DNA of 64,000 bases from a virus: the IMG/VR virus record IMGVR_UViG_3300045988_115476, one strand, 5' to 3'. Of this stretch, positions 60,234 to 64,000 are shown in pieces. A program made the position numbers and the translations under genes. Position 1 is the stretch's first letter. Each line of letters starts with the position of its first letter. The notes under the pieces are model-generated. The model made no database searches and was not told where the DNA came from. It worked only from the letters and a program-made list of their open reading frames with translations.

Positions 60234-60629
60234 ATGAAGAAAGAAGTTCGCCTCCAAGTTTACAACAAGTACGACGGTCATTGCGCCTACTGTGGCAAGG
60301 CCATCAAGTACGAAGAAATGCAGGTTGACCACCTCGTTGCAAAGAACCGTGGCGGATATGCCCGCTATGACGAAAAGACGGGCAAGAGTAGCGTGGTTCA
60401 TGGCGAGGATGCCCTTCCAAACTACATGCCCGCTTGCAGGGCCTGCAATTTCAGAAAGGGCACAATGAGGCTCGAAGAGTTTAGGGCTGCAATCAAGCAG
60501 CAGGCCGAGGGATTGATGAACGGTGCGGCGAAGTTCCAAATGAGGATGTCGCTGGCCTATGGCCTTGTAGAGGAACACTTCGACAATCCAGTGGTGTTCT
60601 ATTTTGAGAAATGCAATTCAAACAAATAA
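60234..60629 (+). CDS. HNH endonuclease
   Basis: CAYCGKAIKYEEMQVDHLVAKNRGG...NYMPACRACNFRKG. Confidence 0.9.
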   Translation: MKKEVRLQVYNKYDGHCAYCGKAIKYEEMQVDHLVAKNRGGYARYDEKTGKSSVVHGEDALPNYMPACRACNFRKGTMRLEEFRAAIKQQAEGLMNGAAKFQMRMSLAYGLVEEHFDNPVVFYFEKCNSNK

Positions 60630-61399
60630 GATTATGGAAAAGTTTATCAAAGCAAATGGGGTTGAGTTCGACGATGCTGAGTTGAAGCAGGCACGGACGT
60701 TATTGTTCAACAACCTAACAAGCGCAAGACGATGAAGGAGAAGCAACACGCATTCGTAGTGGAGTGCGTCAATGAACATTATGACGACATTATAGAGGCG
60801 ATTTGTAACGGACACAGATACGCAGCCACCACGATTGACGCCGCTGATGGATGGGTCGATATTGTGAGTGGCCGCCGAGGATGTGTTACCGTAACTGTGC
60901 ACCACGCCGATGAGGAGAACAAACGTGAATGCCCTCGGTTGTGCGAAGCCATTGAGAAGGAGTTGCCAAGTTGGACAGAGGTAAAAGAATACTATGACGC
61001 CGAGGAAGAAGAGGAAGACAACAACGGCCTCGACCCCGCTTTTTCAAGTTGGGAGGATTGATATGAATTCAAATTATGATGTAATACAAGGTGATTGCCC
61101 TAATTGCCCATTTGCCGATTTATTTGGTGGGTTCTGCTTTTACTACAGGTTCTATCCTGTCAATATAGGTTATGGTGAAGCAACTTGTAGATGTGAAAAA
61201 TTAACACCGAATGAAGATTGATTATGACAAGAGAAGAACTTATTGATACTTACGGAGAAGAAATCTGTAAGTATTGTATAGAAACATATCTTTCAGATAC
61301 AAACTTTCCTTTGGGTGAAAGCTGCGAGGGCTCGCATTGCGAATCAGCCCAAGACGATTACGCATGCTATAACAACATAGAACTTGAAGATTAAACGGT

Positions 61400-61741
61400 A
61401 TGGACGAAAAAAGAATCACTCAGGTTTTCTTGTATTATCGGGAGAAATTCGGAGAAATAGATAAAAAAATAAGTGACCTCCACAAGGAGAAGAAAAAACT
61501 TAACAAATATTTTTTATCTAAGCTTCCATTTCAACCAGGCGACAAGGTCAGAAACAGAAATTCAAAAAATAGCAACTGCTTTTTCATCGGCAGCTTAAAG
61601 AGTGCCAAGATTGTTTTTGATGTTGACGGGAGACACCTGTACGTTAATTATACGGCAAGGCCAATGCTTAATAACGGGATGCCAAGTTCTGTAGAAGTTC
61701 CGACAGTGAACAACTATTTCGACTTAACAAAAGAAGAGTAA
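61400..61741 (+). CDS. Hypothetical protein
   Basis: 113 aa. Confidence 0.5.
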   Translation: MDEKRITQVFLYYREKFGEIDKKISDLHKEKKKLNKYFLSKLPFQPGDKVRNRNSKNSNCFFIGSLKSAKIVFDVDGRHLYVNYTARPMLNNGMPSSVEVPTVNNYFDLTKEE

Positions 61742-61746
61742 GTGCT

Positions 61747-62139
61747 ATGGTTAAAACTTATTTATTTAGGGCAAAAAGAATACCTAACCGAGAATGGGTC
61801 TTTGGAGACCTTCTTCGTTTTGAAGAAAAAGTGTATATACACAACGGATTAGATAAAACATACTATGAGGTTGACGAAAACACTATCGGGGAGCACATTG
61901 GCTTTGCTGACTATAATAGCAATTTAATTTTCGAGGGCGACATAGTGTGTTTTTACGATGATAGAAAGCTCGAATACGTCATCGAATACTCTGTCAGAGC
62001 AGCAGCTTATGTTGCTCGTCCCATTGGTGCTAAGAATGACGATCCTCGCATGTGGTCACATTTGATTGCTTGGCCGTACATGGAGGCAAAAGTGATAGGC
62101 AACATATATGACAACCCAGAATTGATTGAAAACAGATGA
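61747..62139 (+). CDS. YopX-like protein
   Basis: YLFRAKRIPNREWVFGDLL ... TIGEHIGFADYNSNLIFEGDIV ... VIGNIYDNPEL. Confidence 0.85.
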   Translation: MVKTYLFRAKRIPNREWVFGDLLRFEEKVYIHNGLDKTYYEVDENTIGEHIGFADYNSNLIFEGDIVCFYDDRKLEYVIEYSVRAAAYVARPIGAKNDDPRMWSHLIAWPYMEAKVIGNIYDNPELIENR

Positions 62140-62498
62140 TCGACAAAATGATAATACAAAAGCAGACGTGGAAGGACGAAATCAGAATTTTAATAACTGA
62201 TGAAGAAAATTTTGGTTCAGTTCAAATATCCATTCCATTATATGTTAGTGATATTTTCGGCAAAGCTGATGCTCTAATACACAACCTCTTTGTAGATAAT
62301 AATCATAGAAGAAATGGTGTTGCAAAAAAACTATTACAATACGCAGAACAACAGGCTAAGTGGAATGGAGTGAAGACAATCGGATTGGAATTTAATAAAG
62401 ATGAATCTGATAGATTTGTTATAGATTGGTATCTCCGTAGTGGTTATAAACCATTTAATAAGAAAAGTAATTTATTGATCAAGAAATTAGAGGACTAA
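62136..62498 (+). CDS. GNAT-like acetyltransferase
   Basis: ALIHNLFVDNNHRRNGVAKKLLQYAEQQAKWNGVKTIGLEFNKDESDRFVIDWYLRSGYK. Confidence 0.8.
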   Translation: MIDKMIIQKQTWKDEIRILITDEENFGSVQISIPLYVSDIFGKADALIHNLFVDNNHRRNGVAKKLLQYAEQQAKWNGVKTIGLEFNKDESDRFVIDWYLRSGYKPFNKKSNLLIKKLED

Positions 62499-62500
62499 CA

Positions 62501-62884
62501 ATGAACAGACAACAAGTAAAAGAACTTCTGCCTATAATACAAGCGTATGCGGAAGGAAAACAGATTGAGATAAAAACGAAAGAAGGTAAAAAATGGTGCA
62601 CATTTAAGGAAAATGACATACAGTATCTTCCCACCATAATATGTACATGTGACTTCCGTATAAAGCCAGAACCCAAATACCGTCCATTTAAGGACGCAGA
62701 AGAGTGTTGGAAAGAAATGTTACAACACAATCCACTTGGATGGTTCAAAGATAAAAAAGCCGAGGAGTTCTTCACACTTAATTGTATAAGTGACAAAGAC
62801 CCAAGGATAAAAACTTATGAGTATCTTTTCAACGACTGTGTCTTTATGGACGGAAGTATTTGCGGTGTAAAATTGGAGGAATAG
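62501..62884 (+). CDS. Hypothetical protein
   Basis: 127 aa, PIIQAYAEGKQIEIKTKEGKKW. Confidence 0.6.
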   Translation: MNRQQVKELLPIIQAYAEGKQIEIKTKEGKKWCTFKENDIQYLPTIICTCDFRIKPEPKYRPFKDAEECWKEMLQHNPLGWFKDKKAEEFFTLNCISDKDPRIKTYEYLFNDCVFMDGSICGVKLEE

Positions 62885-63434
62885 TTATGGCATGGGTAGT
62901 AAAGAATAAAGATGGCTCTGAAACAATTTATGAAGTCAAGCCATACAAACTCAAAGATGAGTGGGTATCACGGGAAGATGGTTGGAAAAGACCCTATCAA
63001 TACTTTGATATTCCACAAGGTAGTATCAAGAAGCTCGTTGGAAGAGAATTATCTTGGGATGATGAGCCAGTAGAACTTAAACAAGAATAGTTATGACAAA
63101 TTCAGAATATATCAGACTGACGGCACAGATTGCCGTACTGAAAGAAGTGGCCATCGATTACAGTGGCCAGACGATTGACAACATCATCAATCAACTTGAA
63201 TCAAGAACGGAAACGTGTAATAATTTAGGGAACAAACAAAAATGAAAAAATGGAAATGGAGAATCGCCGCTTTTGTGGCGTGGGTTGTTACAACACTCAT
63301 CGTTGTTAGTGTTTCTTTGAGAGGCGTAAGCAAAGCTGACACGGCAACAAACCTGGTTAGCGTAGCAATCCTTTTGTTTTGGACGCTTTTGTCCTTCGCA
63401 ACGAATTGTTTCACTTTTAAAAATAATAAAAACA

Positions 63435-64000
63435 ATGAGAAAAATTAAATCAATGTGTGTGTTTATGCTGCTTATGACGGCATTGTTCTTAACTTCTTGT
63501 AGCGAGCGTATCGACGCTGGATCCGAGGGGATTCTTGTCAACCTATATGGTTCAGACAAGGGTGTTGATGACGTAAGCCTCGTTACCGGTCGTGTGTGGT
63601 ACAATCCATTTACGGAAGAGGTATATGAGTACCCGACATTCGTGCAGACAATCGACTATCCCGCTTTTACCATCAATGCCAAGGATGGTTCGGAGTTCAC
63701 CGTTGACCCGACGGTATCTCTCAAGATGATTGACGGCAATGCGCCGAAGGTGTTCAAGAAGTACAGAAAGGATCTTAACGACATCATACATGGCACACTA
63801 TTCAACTATGTAAAAGATGCGTTCCGTATTCAGCTCAACAAGTACACTACCGATCAGATTGTCAGCAACCGCGATATGGTGGAGCGTGCTATTGAATCGC
63901 AGCTTAGTAACGCACTCGCCAAAGAACACTTCCAGCTTGAGCAGCTTACTTCTGGTCTCAAATATCCTAATTCCATTGTGAAAGCTGTCAACCAGAAGAA
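63435..64000 (+). CDS. SPFH/prohibitin-like lipoprotein (partial, runs off right edge)
   Basis: MRKIKSMCVFMLLMTALFLTSCSERIDAGSEGILVNLYGSDKGVDDVSLVTGRVWYNPFTEEVYEYPTFVQT. Confidence 0.7.
   Translation, partial: MRKIKSMCVFMLLMTALFLTSCSERIDAGSEGILVNLYGSDKGVDDVSLVTGRVWYNPFTEEVYEYPTFVQTIDYPAFTINAKDGSEFTVDPTVSLKMIDGNAPKVFKKYRKDLNDIIHGTLFNYVKDAFRIQLNKYTTDQIVSNRDMVERAIESQLSNALAKEHFQLEQLTSGLKYPNSIVKAVNQK

Overview
The window is a temperate siphovirus-like phage or prophage of a Bacteroidales-type host. Support for this comes from -33 TTTG / -7 TAnnTTTG promoters, a DUF4468-like exported protein and a Bro/KilA-type antirepressor. From left to right it contains: a tail/baseplate-like protein running off the left edge (minus strand); portal; a possible small terminase; a large terminase carrying an in-frame intein in its Walker A motif; scaffold, capsid, connector and tail genes; a tail chaperone pair with a T_TTT_TTC frameshift site; a ~2034 aa tape measure; a leftward block (RuvC-like, DUF1599 and others); a 1.6 kb divergent non-coding region; a rightward early/accessory block (clamp-like protein, serine recombinase, Bro antirepressor, adenine methyltransferase); a tyrosine integrase, an S24 repressor and an excisionase-like HTH; and a recombination/replication block (SSAP-like, YqaJ, DUF3127, DnaC-like, MazG, HNH, YopX, GNAT). 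The strongest unusual signal is at 41.25-45.07 kb. A C5-cytosine methyltransferase core has motifs IX/X at its N-terminus followed by motifs I-VIII, and it has no obvious target-recognition domain. On both sides it is flanked by about ten 40-110-codon overlapping mini-ORFs. Each resembles the TRD/pre-motif-IX segment of C5 methyltransferases (e.g. ..SPALRATDYKCPHCV..EYE, ..CPTITESDWQQNCFLI.., ..RIYSPRGCSPCIPARAADATVCPKILIEYA). At least two contain G/C homopolymers that put the reading frame in or out of phase. I propose a split methyltransferase with a phase-variable cassette array of specificity peptides. Other notable signals are an alternative-pairing leader in front of the antirepressor, a nine-member GNRA-capped hairpin family, and a family of T-arm-containing three-way-junction elements. 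All family assignments are from reading motifs only; no database search was run.
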